A stretch of DNA of 64,000 nt, from contig NC_073389.1 in NCBI RefSeq assembly GCF_028641065.1, positions 29,016,001-29,080,000 on the forward strand, read 5' to 3'. Below, in pieces: positions 1 through 10,715 of this stretch. Position 1 is the first letter of the stretch, and each line of letters starts with the position of its first letter. The notes beneath the pieces are model-generated. The model did no database searches. It saw only the letters and a program-made list of their open reading frames with translations, and was not told the DNA's origin. Made by a program: the position numbers and the translations under genes. Source of the DNA: Leucoraja erinacea (taxonomy: Eukaryota).

Positions 1-600
1 CTCTCTGTTGCGGTGAAACGGGTTCTAGCTTTTACAACCTTGTTAGCCCGGGACTGAGTGGAGGCTCACCTGTCCCCCGACACACCCCTGCTGGATTAAG
101 GAGGTGCTTTACAATTTAAAGCTTGGAAAACTTAGGTTCTCTCTCAAAGGCTCTACCAAGACATTCCTAGATACATGGAACCCTTTCTTGGAACTTGTTA
201 ACTCTCTCAACTTGTCCCCGGACTCGGAAGAGGACTGAGTGTTCTCCACCATTGTTCTGCTCTACTTCAGCTGCCTCCCCTTAACCCCCCCCCCCCCTCC
301 CCACACTTATTTATTTAATCACTTACTTATTTACTGTTATTAGTGACCCCCTTTTTTTCTTATTTTTTTAGTAGAGTACTTTTTGTTTCGTTTATCTTAC
401 CATATTTGTGTGGATGTGTATGTATGTGAGTGTTGTTTGTCCCCGTTTGGTTCCGACCTGATTCGGGTGGGTTGAAGGTGGGTAAGGGTAAGGGCTTTGA
501 GGGTCGCTTACATACTGTTGCACAATTATGCCTTGACTGTCACTGTCTGTTATCATTGTATGTATGCAAATTGCTGTGAAATTCAAATAAAAAGATTTAA
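1..600 (+). mobile_element. 3' end of an L1-clade LINE (ORF2 C-terminus + 3' UTR)
   Basis: Plus frame reads ...WRLTCPPTHPCWIKEVLYNLKLGKLRFSLKGSTKTFLDTWNPFLELVNSL, like fish L1 ORF2 C-termini (W..PP...W...L.LEK...F...W.PF), followed by a T-rich UTR and AATAAA plus an A-rich end at ~586-600. Confidence 0.65.
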
Positions 601-1099
601 ATCGAAAGAGGAGAGGTGGAGGGATGAGATAGGGGCCTGAGGGTGAATGGTGAATCGAGGATAGGTGATGGATGGCATACATATGGAGCCAGGTAAGGGT
701 GGAGGAGGGGGTGGAGCTGAGAGGCAGAGGCATACAGATGAAAGATGGAGGCAGACAAAAGAAGGAACATTGAATAAAAGCATATGGAGCCAGATGAGAG
801 GAATAGAGGGTGGAGTTGATGATAGTTGATAAGCTGGGACACAAAATTGCCAGAACTGAAAACTGATGGGCACCTTTCAGGAATCAGTGAAGGGCAGAGG
901 AAACCAAAACAAAATAGGAGATGGAGGGAGCGAGGTGCCTGTGGATGAAATGTGTGTGAATACATGGATGGAAACTGGAGCAAGAGAAGAATGAAAATGG
1001 GTGATATGGAGCGGATGTTATGGAAAGAAGTCAAAAAAGGGGGGGGAACCAAGGGAGAATCAGAAGAAGAGCAAAAAAGGGGGTAACATGCCTGAAGAG

Positions 1100-1540
1100 A
1101 AGGCTACCTAAAATTCAAGAGTTCAATTTCGTATCATTGGGTTGGAGACTACCCAGGTGGAATATGAGATGTTATTCCTCCCATTTGCATTGGGCCCTAC
1201 TCTGGCTGTTGAGAAGGCAGAGGAGGAACAGGTATACAGGGAATACAGGGATATGGATTATGAGGGATTAGTTTAATGTGGCATCATGTTCAACACAGAC
1301 ATTGTGGGCCGAAGGGTTGGTTTCCTGTGCCGCACTGTTTCATAAAAGATTGGTGTGTAAAGGGGGAAGGGGAATTGGTAGCTTGGGATGGCCATTGCAG
1401 GCAGAATGCAGGTGATGTACAACTCAATCACATAGACTGCACTTGATCACACCGATGTAGAGGAGGCCACATCACCAAATGTGCACCACTTCTAACCTCA
1501 TCGACTAAATTCAGTGCTCTTGATGCAGTCTTCTCTAAAT
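1100..1540 (-). mobile_element. Penelope-like element remnant (GIY-YIG region)
   Basis: Similar to the copies at 29915-30545 and 32795-33350; the minus strand gives decayed GLLYIG..K and LEE.HLIF.LGSLQP motifs; interrupted by a CR1 3' UTR piece. Confidence 0.5.
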
Positions 1541-2175
1541 TGCCGAGCTTAATGCAGGATTTCAACCTGAAACATTGTCACCACTTCTCCGCGAAACATT
1601 GACAATTCTTCTCCCCCTGCCATAACTGCTGCATGGTTCACAAAGTTCCTCCAGCAGACCGTTTGTTACGTCAGGTTACAGCATCTGCAGTCTCTTGTGT
1701 ATCCTTTAATTATTGGGATCCTCCCTGTTACCTGTTCCAGCAATATCATCACCCTACCTATCTCCATCTAAAGCAAATTCTCACCTGGTGCTCTCAATCG
1801 TTCCCATTTTCTTTACAGCTTTCCTTCACCATCACTGCTCAAAATGCTGGAACTCTCTAACAGCATTGTGGGTGTAGCCACATCTCAAGGACTGCCTCTA
1901 TTCAAGAAAACAGCCCAATGCCACCTTCTCAAGTGCAATTGGGAAAGGTAATTAAATGCTAGCTCAACCTTTGAAGCTCACATGCCTTGGATGAGAATTA
2001 AAAACCCCATTGTCATGTTAGTCTCATAGTCCTGTTAACCATTGCTACCTACTGTTCTCCACAAGAAGACTAAAGACAAATGAAAACACCAGGTCCCCGA
2101 ATGAAAAACATTCCATCTAATTCAACTCCTTAAAGTCCCAATCTTTAGAGCAAAGAGAAATATCAGAAACAGTAC

Positions 2176-2279
2176 CTGACTGCAGCCACCCCGTGACCTA
2201 TTTCATGAATGATGCCACTGAGCAGAATCACGCTGAAAAAATATACCAGCTGGCTTGTAGGTAGGTTAACACCAGGCAC
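2176..2279 (-). CDS. MBTPS2: MBTPS2 (site-2 protease) exon 4
   Basis: ctacag|GTG...AG|gtactg; 104 nt encoding [34 protein letters not shown](R), which contains the HEIGH (HExxH) M50 metalloprotease motif; downstream exons lie outside the window. Confidence 0.96.
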
Positions 2280-3371
2280 CTGTAGATATTATAAAGAAGC
2301 AGTAAGAATCGATTGTTCCGCCATCACATGGTGTATAGTCTTGTCGGGCATTGGATTGTTGTAGGGTTGACTCAGCAATGTTTGTTGTCTGTGCTTTTAT
2401 CCTGTCATGGATATCAAGCACCTGCAGTTCATTGCTGTGGACACCAACAAACCATCTTTTCATGCAAGCCACTGATCTGACTGCTCTTTGGACAGAAGCC
2501 AAAGATGCACGTGCTGTGGATTCACTCTCTGCATGGCCACCACTAAGTTAAACGATTGGAGGTAGAGAGGGCAGTGCATGCGAGCTTCCGATCACTCACC
2601 CCTTCCGTAAATGTGGTCACCATACATGAACAATGCAGGTGTCAGAGGTTATGGAGAGAAGGCAGGAGAATGGGGTTAGGAGGGAGAGAAAGATCAGCCA
2701 TGATTGAATGGTGGAGTGGACTTGATGGGTTGAATGGCTTAATTCTACTCCTATCTCTTATGATCATATGAAGAGCAGAATGATTCTGGGCCTACCATTG
2801 CTCAGCATTCAGTAACTGGTGAAAGTCAAGGTCATAGTCATAAAGTCATACAGCATGGTCAGGGCCTTCGGCTTAACTCATCCATGCTGACCAGGATGCC
2901 CATCTAAGCTAGTCCCATTTGTCTGTATTTTGTCCATATCCCTCCAAACTTTTTATATGTATGTGCCTACTCATAAACTGTGCTTTATACCTTTTTCAGA
3001 CTAATACCCTGAGAAGTGGTTATTTTTCACCTTCCTTCTTTTCTACTGCCCAGCATTTGTAACATCTCAGTCATATGGCTTCTAAGATGTTCTCCCACCA
3101 ATGCTTCACCCCTCTTCCAATGCCAATGGAAAAATAAGCCCAAGCTTGCAAAGGACTGTCATTTAATTTCTTGGTTCTCAAACAACCCATAGTTCACACT
3201 TTCTTTTCATCCAGTGTTCATTTTGGGCACAATGCTGACCTATCAATTGGAATTGGATCTGAAACATTAACTCTATTGCCCTCACACCAGAGAAGAGGAG
3301 GGTTTTGGCATTACTTCCCCTCCCCCACAACAATGTGCACAATTCTTCACTCCCAGGTTTGGGCCACTCAC

Positions 3372-3510
3372 CACAACTTGTAGAATGCGTTGGTTCTCAG
3401 CTGCCGGACTGTCCGCTGACATCAGTGCCAGTGTCTGCGAGAGGGTTTTGGTGAGAAGTATTATTGATATAAACATGAAGACCACACCAAATCCCATTCC
3501 AAGATTGAAC
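3372..3510 (-). CDS. MBTPS2: MBTPS2 exon 3
   Basis: ttcag|G...GTG|gtgagt; 139 nt, (W)FNLGMGFGVVFMFISIILLTKTLSQTLALMSADSPAAENQRILQVV, matching human WFNFGMVFGV...KTLMQTLAQMMADSP...QVLQVV. Confidence 0.95.
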
Positions 3511-3683
3511 CTGAAGATCAAGAAACACCCAATTACCCACAGCATGTTCCAATAAATGACCAGGAGCAATAAATGAGGCCATTTCATCCTGCTCAGAAGA
3601 CACTCCTAAAGAGTGTCAAGTTTTCAGACTTCTTGAACAAGCAAAAACTTTACATTTATATAACAACGTGCATTATTTAAATA

Positions 3684-4869
3684 CAGGTGCACAACCTTTT
3701 ATCCGAAAGCCTTGGGACCAGAGACTTGTCGGATTTCGGACATTTTCGGATTTCAGAATGGAAGATTTTTAGCGTAGATTAGGTAGGTAGCGCGGGCGGC
3801 TTGAAAAGTCTGGAGCAGCTGCCTCCTCCCCCGGAGACCGGGAGAATCATTGCATAAATGTTAGTCAGTTAGTTTGGAGGGATTTTATGTGGTGGTGGTG
3901 GTGTAGGGGTGAAGGGGGAAACTTTAATTCTTAGTCCCCTACCTACCTGGTCGGCGACTCCCAACCTCGCGGAGCTGGGGGCGCCGTCCGGCCGCGGGCG
4001 GCGCCGGTTGTAGCTCCGACCCCGGCAACTCTACCCCTGGCTGCGAGGCGCTCCAAATCCGGCGCGGCCCGCGGCCGGCCGCCCCAGCTCCGCGAATGTC
4101 GGGAGTCGGCGGCGTCGCAGCGCTGGGATAGCAAGCTCCGGAGCGCTGTGGCCGCCTTCTTCCAACATTCGCGGAGCGCGCTGGATTTGGAGCCGCGGAG
4201 CTGGGGGCTCCCCGCGGGCGGCGCCGGTTGGAGCTCCGACCCCGGCAACTCTACCCCTGGCTGCGTGGCTCCAAATCCAGCGACGCTCCGCGATGTTGTG
4301 TGTCGGCGGCCACAGCGCTCCGGAGCTTGCCGCACGGCGACCCGGTAAGGCATTGCCCGCACCCAGCGCTGCGATGCCGCCGACTCCCGACATTCGCGAA
4401 GCTGGGGCGTCCGGTCGCGGGCCGCGGGCCGCGCTGGATTTGGAGCGCCTCGCAGCCAGGGGTAGAGTTGCCGGGGTCGGAGCTACAACTGGCGCCACCC
4501 GCTGCCCCACCGGCCACAGCGCTGCGGAGCTTACTGCACAGCGACCCGGTAAGGCATTGACCGCTCCCCGCCTCTCCGACCAGGTAGGGGACTAAGAATT
4601 AAAGTTTACCCCTTCACCCCCCTTCACATAAAAGCCCTCCAAACTAACTGACTAACATTTAAGCAATGATTTACAGATGTTTAAGCGTCTCCCGTTCTCC
4701 AGGGAGGAGGCAGCCGCTACAGTAGTACAGACCTGGGTTGACCGTGGGTCGTTTTGGGTCAGGTTTGGCGCCAAACGCGAGCTTTGGTGCGCAGACGACA
4801 TCTGGAAAAAATGGCCGGTTTTCGGAGCTTTTCGGTTTCTGGAACACCGGATAAAAGGTTGTGCACCTG
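3684..4869. mobile_element. Non-autonomous Tc1/mariner-type DNA transposon (MITE) in MBTPS2 intron 2
   Basis: TIR CAGGTGCACAACCTTTTATCCG ... CGGATAAAAGGTTGTGCACCTG flanked by TA; long subterminal inverted repeats and internal GC-rich repeats. Confidence 0.9.
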
Positions 4870-5439
4870 TACCTACAAATGTTTTACAGCCAATGAATCA
4901 CTTGTGATATACTTATAACAGTGATTAATTCAAATACAGCAATGTCCTCAAAATATCATGGACATACATGTCCAGATCAGTTTTTGTGACACCGATGGAG
5001 AGATAAATATTGGCTAAGCTTCAGCAAAAACAAAGCAAAATTAATTCAAGCTTTTTTGTCCATTTCCTTTTAATGAAACAGTGGTCTTCAGTCATCAAAT
5101 CTATGCCAGTTCCCAGGGAACAACCCCATTCCCTGCAGCCTCAAAGGTTATTCTCCTTCAACCACCCATTTATTGTGTTAATGATTGGACATCAATGAAC
5201 AGCTCCTTATTGACCTACCAAAACGGAACTGAGGGAAGAGTTGCAAGAGAAACTACCAAAAGGAGTTATTTCTCATAACATTTGGCCTCAGACTATTTTC
5301 TCTTTTACCTTCATACAATTATCACATTAGGATCACCATTAAAACTTAACTGAGTGGTCACATTATCAATAACCAGAATTTTCCAAAAATAATCCTGGCC
5401 AATTTTAATTTTCAGGAGCAACTTTTCAACTCAACTTAC

Positions 5440-5588
5440 CATATGTGCAGAAACTGAGGCTTCCATCGTCCCAGCTTTAAAAATAACCGATTAAAGAAAG
5501 TAGACTGCCAACGTATGTGGAAAGGGGCAATGCTGATCCCAAATTTTGTCAGAAATTCTTCATACCAAACCTTGAGACTGGGCGATGA
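5440..5588 (-). CDS. MBTPS2: MBTPS2 exon 2
   Basis: gtgcag|TCA...TG|gtaagt; 149 nt, SSPSLKVWYEEFLTKFGISIAPFHIRWQSTFFNRLFLKLGRWKPQFLHI(W); PFHIRWQ..FNR is diagnostic. Confidence 0.95.
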
Positions 5589-5746
5589 CTGCACATACAG
5601 AAGACCAGAATGAGTGTTATAGAATTAAATATTAATACAGTCATTGAGTCATATAGCATGGAAACAGGCCCTTCTGCCAAACCCATCAGAGGGACATCTA
5701 TTTGCCAGATTTGAGTCATATCCCTCTCAACCTTTCCTATCCATGT

Positions 5747-6020
5747 ACAGTGCCCTCCATAATATTTGGGACAAAGACCCATCATTTATTTATTTGCCTC
5801 TGTACGCCACAATTTGAGATTTGTAATAGAAAAAAATCACATGCGGTTAAAGTGCACGTAATCCAGGGCTGCCAACTCTCACGTTTTGAGCGTGAGAATA
5901 ACGCATTTGGGCAAATTCTCAAGTTCTCACGCTGATCACAAATTTCTCACGCTCTGTCGTGAGAAATTCTGTGATCAACGAAAATTTCAAAACTCATATA
6001 AACTGCATGGGCCATGGGTG
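5747..6020. mobile_element. DNA transposon end fragments (Tc1-like TA|CAGTGCCCTCC end; CAGGGCTGCCAAC end at ~5863)
   Basis: Terminal motifs typical of Tc1 and hAT elements; partner ends not found. Confidence 0.4.
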
Positions 6021-7002
6021 TTGGACCTCCCATCTATCTCATTGGAGACCCTTGTACTATCTTTAATTGGACTTTACTGGATTTACATTAAACTTTATTC
6101 CCTTCATCCTGTATCTGTGCACTGTGGACTGCTTGATTGTAATTACATATAGTCTTTTTGCTGACTGGATAGCACGCAACAATAAAGCTTTTCACTGTAC
6201 TTCAGTACACGTAACAATAATAAACTAAACTGATCATCAATCCTTACCTGTCCATTGTTCTGGTCTTTACTGCACAATATACAAGCCAAGCTACTCCTCA
6301 AACCTATAGTTTCCTTTAATTAGGTTGAAAACCCTGATTTCAAATAGAACTAAATCACTTTCAAACTTATTTATGTACTATGGCCACTATGATTTGCAGA
6401 TGCTGGAATCTTGAGCAAAACAAGTGCTGGAGTAACTTGGCTGATCAAGCAGCATCTGTAGATGGAATGGATTGGCTCCACATGTGGCTCCTCATGCCCT
6501 TGACAGATGTTGTCTGACTCACTGAGTTTCTTCAGCACTGTGCTTTATTCTATAATATGGTCAATCTCCACAACAAGGTTATTAATTATCACAGTCCTTG
6601 CGACTTTTGTTGTTTGTGATATATTTTAATGTAAATGGGTTGGTTAGAGGGTTTGCAGATGACACCAACATTGGTGGAGTTGTGGACAGTGAGAATAGTG
6701 GATGAAATTTAATCTGGGCAAGTGTGAGGTGTACAGGGGGCTCTTTGGGTCTTAGTCCTTAGCTCCCTGAAAATGGCAACGTAAGTAGATGGTGTGGTAA
6801 AGAAGCCCGGGAAGGGTGTGGGGGTGAGGGAGAGCCCGGGGAAGGAGTGAGAGTGAGGGAGAGCCCCGGGAGGGGGTAAGGGAGACGGAAAGCCAGGAGA
6901 GCGTAGGGGTGAAGGAGAGGGAGTGGGGGTGATGGAGAACCCCAGGAGGGAATGGTGGTGAGAACCCTTGGGAGGGGGCAGAGCCCGGAAAGGGTCGTGT
7001 GC

Positions 7003-7225
7003 AGGAATGAACTGCAGATGCTGGTTTAAACCGAAGATATTAGACACAAAAAAACTGGAGTAACTCAGCGGGACAGGCAGCATCTCCGGAGAGAAGGAAT
7101 ATGTGACGTTTCGGGTCGAGACCCTTTTTCAGACTGCTAGTTGTCTCGAGCCGAAACGTCACCCATTCCTTCTACAGAGATGCTGCCTGTCCCGCTAAGT
7201 TAATCTAGCATTTTGTGTTTATCTC
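7003..7225. mobile_element. Palindromic Penelope-terminus repeat (two inverted copies with hammerhead-like cores)
   Basis: Arm GGAGTAACTCAGCGGGACAGGCAGCATCT...GACGTTTCGGGTCGAGAC followed by its reverse complement GTCTCGAGCCGAAACGTC...AGATGCTGCCTGTCCCGCT. Confidence 0.7.
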
Positions 7226-7432
7226 CGGGAAGGGTAGTGGTGGGGGAGCTCTGAGAGAGAAATCAGCGACAATGTGGAGGGAGTTCTGGAAACTGGGGGT
7301 AAGATGGTAGTGATCCCAGGAACGAGGGCTCTGGGGAAGGTGGGATGGGGTGACTGGTGACACGGGGTGCGGCGGAGGAGCTTTAATCGTGCCATTCCCG
7401 ACCGCAGGCCGAGCCGGAGCCATCCACCTCAC

Positions 7433-7507
7433 CTTGAACGCAGAGTCGGCGAGGCAGAGCGCACACCAAAACCCCACCGGGCCCAGCACCGCCGCGGCGG
7501 GCACCAT
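7433..7507 (-). CDS. MBTPS2: MBTPS2 exon 1 (coding part)
   Basis: ATG at 7507, 75 nt MVPAAAVLGPVGFWCALCLADSAFK, donor AAG|gtgagg, in a CpG-rich patch; phase 0 fits exon 2. Confidence 0.9.
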
Positions 7508-7790
7508 CACACCGGAAATGGCCACTCAGGTGAAGTCAGCTGGGCAAGAAGACGCCCGGGAGACGGCCATGTTGGTGAAGGATCTGCAGTTCCCTCTTAA
7601 ACATTGGTGAAGGATCTAACTGCCACGGTGGCGGCCATGTTGGTATAGGATCTAACTGTCACGGCAGCGGCCATATTGGTATAGGATCTAACTGCCACGG
7701 CGGCGGCCATGTTGGTATAGGATCTAACTGCCACGGCGGCGGCCATTTTGGTTAAGGATTTAATAACCACGGCGCCGGCCATATTGGTCA
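7508..7790 (-). promoter_or_regulatory. MBTPS2 promoter/5' region with ETS site and a 36-bp tandem repeat carrying YY1-like cores
   Basis: CCGGAAAT at ~7512; about 5-6 units of GGCCATGTTGGTATAGGATCTAACTGCCACGGCGGC (GCCATnTT core) immediately upstream of the ATG. Confidence 0.55.
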
Positions 7791-7826
7791 AAGATCTTAT
7801 AGCAAAGCTCTGCTATAAGATCTTTG
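7789..7826. mobile_element. 38-bp micro-MITE, P-superfamily-like
   Basis: TIR CAAAGATCTTATAGCA/TGCTATAAGATCTTTG; perfect 8-bp TSD ATATTGGT (7781-7788 and 7827-7834). Confidence 0.8.
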
Positions 7827-8022
7827 ATATTGGTGAGCAAACAAGGAACTGCAAATGCTGGTTTACAAAACAGCAACAAAGTGCTGGATTTCTCCCTGTA
7901 TAACCTGGGTTTCCTCCCAGCGATCCAGTATCCTTCCACATCCCAAAGATGTACGGGGTTGGTAGTTTAATTGGCCGCTGAAAATGTCTTTGAGTGAGCG
8001 TGGCAGGTTCGGCATAGGGAGT

Positions 8023-8050
8023 CTGAAGAAGGGTCTCGACCCGAAACGTC
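8023..8050 (+). ncRNA. Minimal hammerhead ribozyme motif in a Penelope-type terminal repeat (best-preserved copy)
   Basis: CUGAAGA-A-GGGU(CUCG)ACCC-GAAA-CGUC: conserved CUGANGA and GAAA boxes, stem II, and a GUC cleavage triplet after palindromic ACGU. Confidence 0.55.
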
Positions 8051-8224
8051 GCCAATTCCTTCTCTCCATAGATGCTGCCTCGCCCGCTGAGTTACTCCAG
8101 CATTTTGTGTCTACCAAGGGAGACACAGAATAGGTTACAGGAAGAAAAGTGGGAGAATGGGACTGGTGGGAATGTTCTGAGGCCCGGCATAGACCAGTGG
8201 GCTGAGTGACCTAAGTCGTAATGG

Positions 8225-8257
8225 CAAAGATCTTATAGCTTCGCTATAAGATCTTTG
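8225..8257. mobile_element. 33-bp micro-MITE, same family
   Basis: CAAAGATCTTATAGC-TTC-GCTATAAGATCTTTG with 7-bp TSD GTAATGG on both sides. Confidence 0.8.
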
Positions 8258-8717
8258 GTAATGGTATGTGGAAAATAAATATTTAAGAAGGAACTGCAGA
8301 TGCTGTAAAATCGATCTATGGGCATCTAGCGAAGGAAATAGGCGATGTTTCGGGTTGAGAGTGGCTATTTAACGTTGTATATGTCTGCCTCTACCACCTA
8401 TGGGTGTTAGTTCTAGATAAACTGATAATCGTCATGCCATTGAATATCAAGATAGGTGATTTAATTCTCTCTTGTTAGCTTTTTTTTGCTTTATCTTTAT
8501 GGCATGAATGGTATCAGCATTTGTGGATGTAATATGGAGTCATTGACTATCTGTTGTTAAGGAGCTGGTAATGGAATTGAACTTTTGTGCAATCATTAGT
8601 GAATCGAGCCACATTATGGAAGGTATTGACTGAAGACAGTTGGGTCTAAGACACTTCCATCACTAATTCCTGAAGCTATATCCTGGGGTTGGGATGACTG
8701 ATCACGATCATGATCAC

Positions 8718-9137
8718 CACCCCAAGTACAAGACACCCCAAGTACAAACACACCAACGGCTTCTGCCCCTACGGAACCCGCTGCCACTTCATGTACAACT
8801 CCGAGGAGGAGCGAGGAACCCGGCCTCGCCTGCGCCAGCCTGGGCTCGGCCTCCTCCGGCCCGGCGCTCGACTGGGCCGCGCTGTGGGCAGCCTTCAGCC
8901 CTGAGCTGGAGTTGGAGCTGGCCTGGACTCTGGGCTGGGCAAGGGAGGGGAAGGAGGTTGCTGCTGCGGCCAGCACCGCCATCACCAGCAGCTCCAGCGG
9001 GCGCCCGGACTGCACATGGTCAACATGAGCCCGTCCGCAGTCCCTCTCTCCGACCAGGACGACTCCAGCAGCAGCGGCTCTGAGTCGCCCGTCTTCGAAC
9101 AGGGTCGGCACTACCCAGGATCTTGCTGTCGGACTGA
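8718..9137 (+). pseudogene. Decayed ZFP36/TIS11-family (tristetraprolin-like) retrocopy, second CCCH finger to C-terminus
   Basis: HPKYK(T)...[28 protein letters not shown], then SDQDDSSSSGSESPVFEQGR and a frameshifted LPRILLSD-stop (remnant of the RLPIFxRxSxSD CNOT1 motif); the ELC segment with the first Cys is lost and the frames are broken. Confidence 0.8.
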
Positions 9138-9631
9138 GGGGAGGGGGGTGGAGGTGGAGGGCTGCCGGCCAACCCGGCGGGACAGACAGAGCCGAGCTGG
9201 AGCCAGCTGCTGCAGCACTGGTTGCAAGGCCAGGGCCGCCCCGCCAGCCAAGGACCACCCCGCCAGCCCAGGGCTACCCCGGACAGGGACGGGACACCGG
9301 GGAGGGGACGTCCCAGCAGCAACTCAGCAGCACTTGCAGCGACGAAGAGCCGGGCACGACCCCGACCACGGACGAAACGCAAGCCTGCACACAATGCAGC
9401 ACCACCATTGCCGAGACTGTTTATAGCTAGTGACCTATGACCTGGGCATGCGCAGTCGGAATACCGAACTCGCTTATTGGGTAGCTCCAAAAGAATTAAG
9501 ATCAGCAAAATGGCCCCTCTCCTTGCTTAGATTATTTCATTTTTGTTAATGAGACATAGACAGAAACAATTTTGAATAGTTATGATCATCATATGAAAAA
9601 TTCTGTTGTACAATTTGCTCTTTAATAGTAC

Positions 9632-9637
9632 TTTATT
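9632..9637 (-). terminator. Probable APOO polyadenylation signal
   Basis: AATAAA on the minus strand ~190 nt after the predicted stop codon. Confidence 0.5.
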
Positions 9638-9829
9638 AGATCATTTTATATACACATTTCTGTATGATTGAGAGGGTTTTGAACCCATTTTTCCAACCAA
9701 AAATAAATTTCTGATGAATTATTGAACTCATCATAAGAAGTGATTAAATTATAATGATTCACCTTCATTATGTTCCACAAGAAATATTGCTTCAGTTTTA
9801 GTTCGTGTTTCTTCAGCAGAACCATTCCA

Positions 9830-9838
9830 TTAATCCAC
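9830..9838 (-). CDS. APOO: APOO probable last coding exon (VD-stop)
   Basis: Branch-point-like TACTGAC, then ttttctgacag|GTG GAT TAA; phase 0 matches exon 7; followed by an AT-rich UTR and AATAAA. Confidence 0.5.
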   Translation of the reverse strand: MD

Positions 9839-10469
9839 CTGTCAGAAAATAATTTCGGTCAGTACCTTTACAAAGGTTATCCGGCAGTTCTTTACCTGGG
9901 GTAAGGATGATTCTGGCTGACCCAACCTGCTATCATTTGGCCTGTTACTGAACACTTAAGTTGAAGGGCCAAGTCACTGACATGGTGCCCTTGACAATCT
10001 ATCCCCTTTGATCCTGGGGGTGGTGGAGGTGATGGGTTCTTTCTGCTGATAAAGTGGGAGCGGAAAGAGTCGCACTTCTGTCAGTTGCGTGTGGTGAGGC
10101 AAGCTGACTTAATAAATGGTTGCCTGAAGATCAGTGGACCATCCAGGATTGGATAGTCCAGGGGAGCCACATGGGACTATGGATACTGGAATCTGGACCA
10201 GGTATTAGATGGCACCAGATGATGATGGGCAAATGCAGCCAGGTTTTGGGGTGGGGGAAGAAAACATTAGAGTATGGAGTCAGTAGCTGATGGAAATGGT
10301 GGAGAGAAAAATGGGCCTCTTATCCACACAGTATTTCAACTGAGTCTCCTATCCCGCTTCTCCAACTTGTTCCATTGGCCATCATCCTTCCATTTATCTG
10401 GTTCCACATCACCTTCCTCCTCAGATTCCCTATCTGCAGCCCTTTTTTAATACATTTTATACCTTCCAC

Positions 10470-10715
10470 CTGTTTTGATCCTCACCGCGGGTGCTGTCTG
10501 AACAGAGTTTGCACATTCTCCCTGTGAGCGCGTGGGTTTTCTCTGGGTGCTCCAGTTTCCTCCCACATCCCAAAGACGTGCAGGTTTGTAGGTTAACTGG
10601 CTTCTGTAAATTGGCCCTAGCGTATAGGATGAACCAGTTGGTGTATAAGTGATCACTGGTCAGTACGGACAGTGGCCGAAGGGTCTGTTTCTATGCTGTA
10701 TCTCTAAACTAAACT
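10470..10715 (+). mobile_element. HE1/V-SINE-type SINE
   Basis: V-domain GGTGCTGTCTG..AGAGTTTGCACATTCTCC..GCGTGGGTTTTCTCTGGGTGCTCCAGTTTCCTCCCACATCCCAAAGACGTGCAGGTT and a (CTAAA)n tail. Confidence 0.75.

Noticed and set aside
2050-2150. Possible MBTPS2 exon 5 (minus frame GMFFIRGPGVFI)
   Set aside because: Only superficial similarity; lacks EQVRFNGFG/YPGAFVDL and has no proper acceptor; exon 5 is presumably outside the window
3943-4595. Several overlapping Arg/Gly/Ala-rich ORFs
   Set aside because: Products of GC-rich internal repeats of a MITE; open in many frames with no domain signature
7597-7791. 36-bp repeats as a CRISPR array
   Set aside because: Head-to-tail tandem units without unique spacers, vertebrate context, no cas genes
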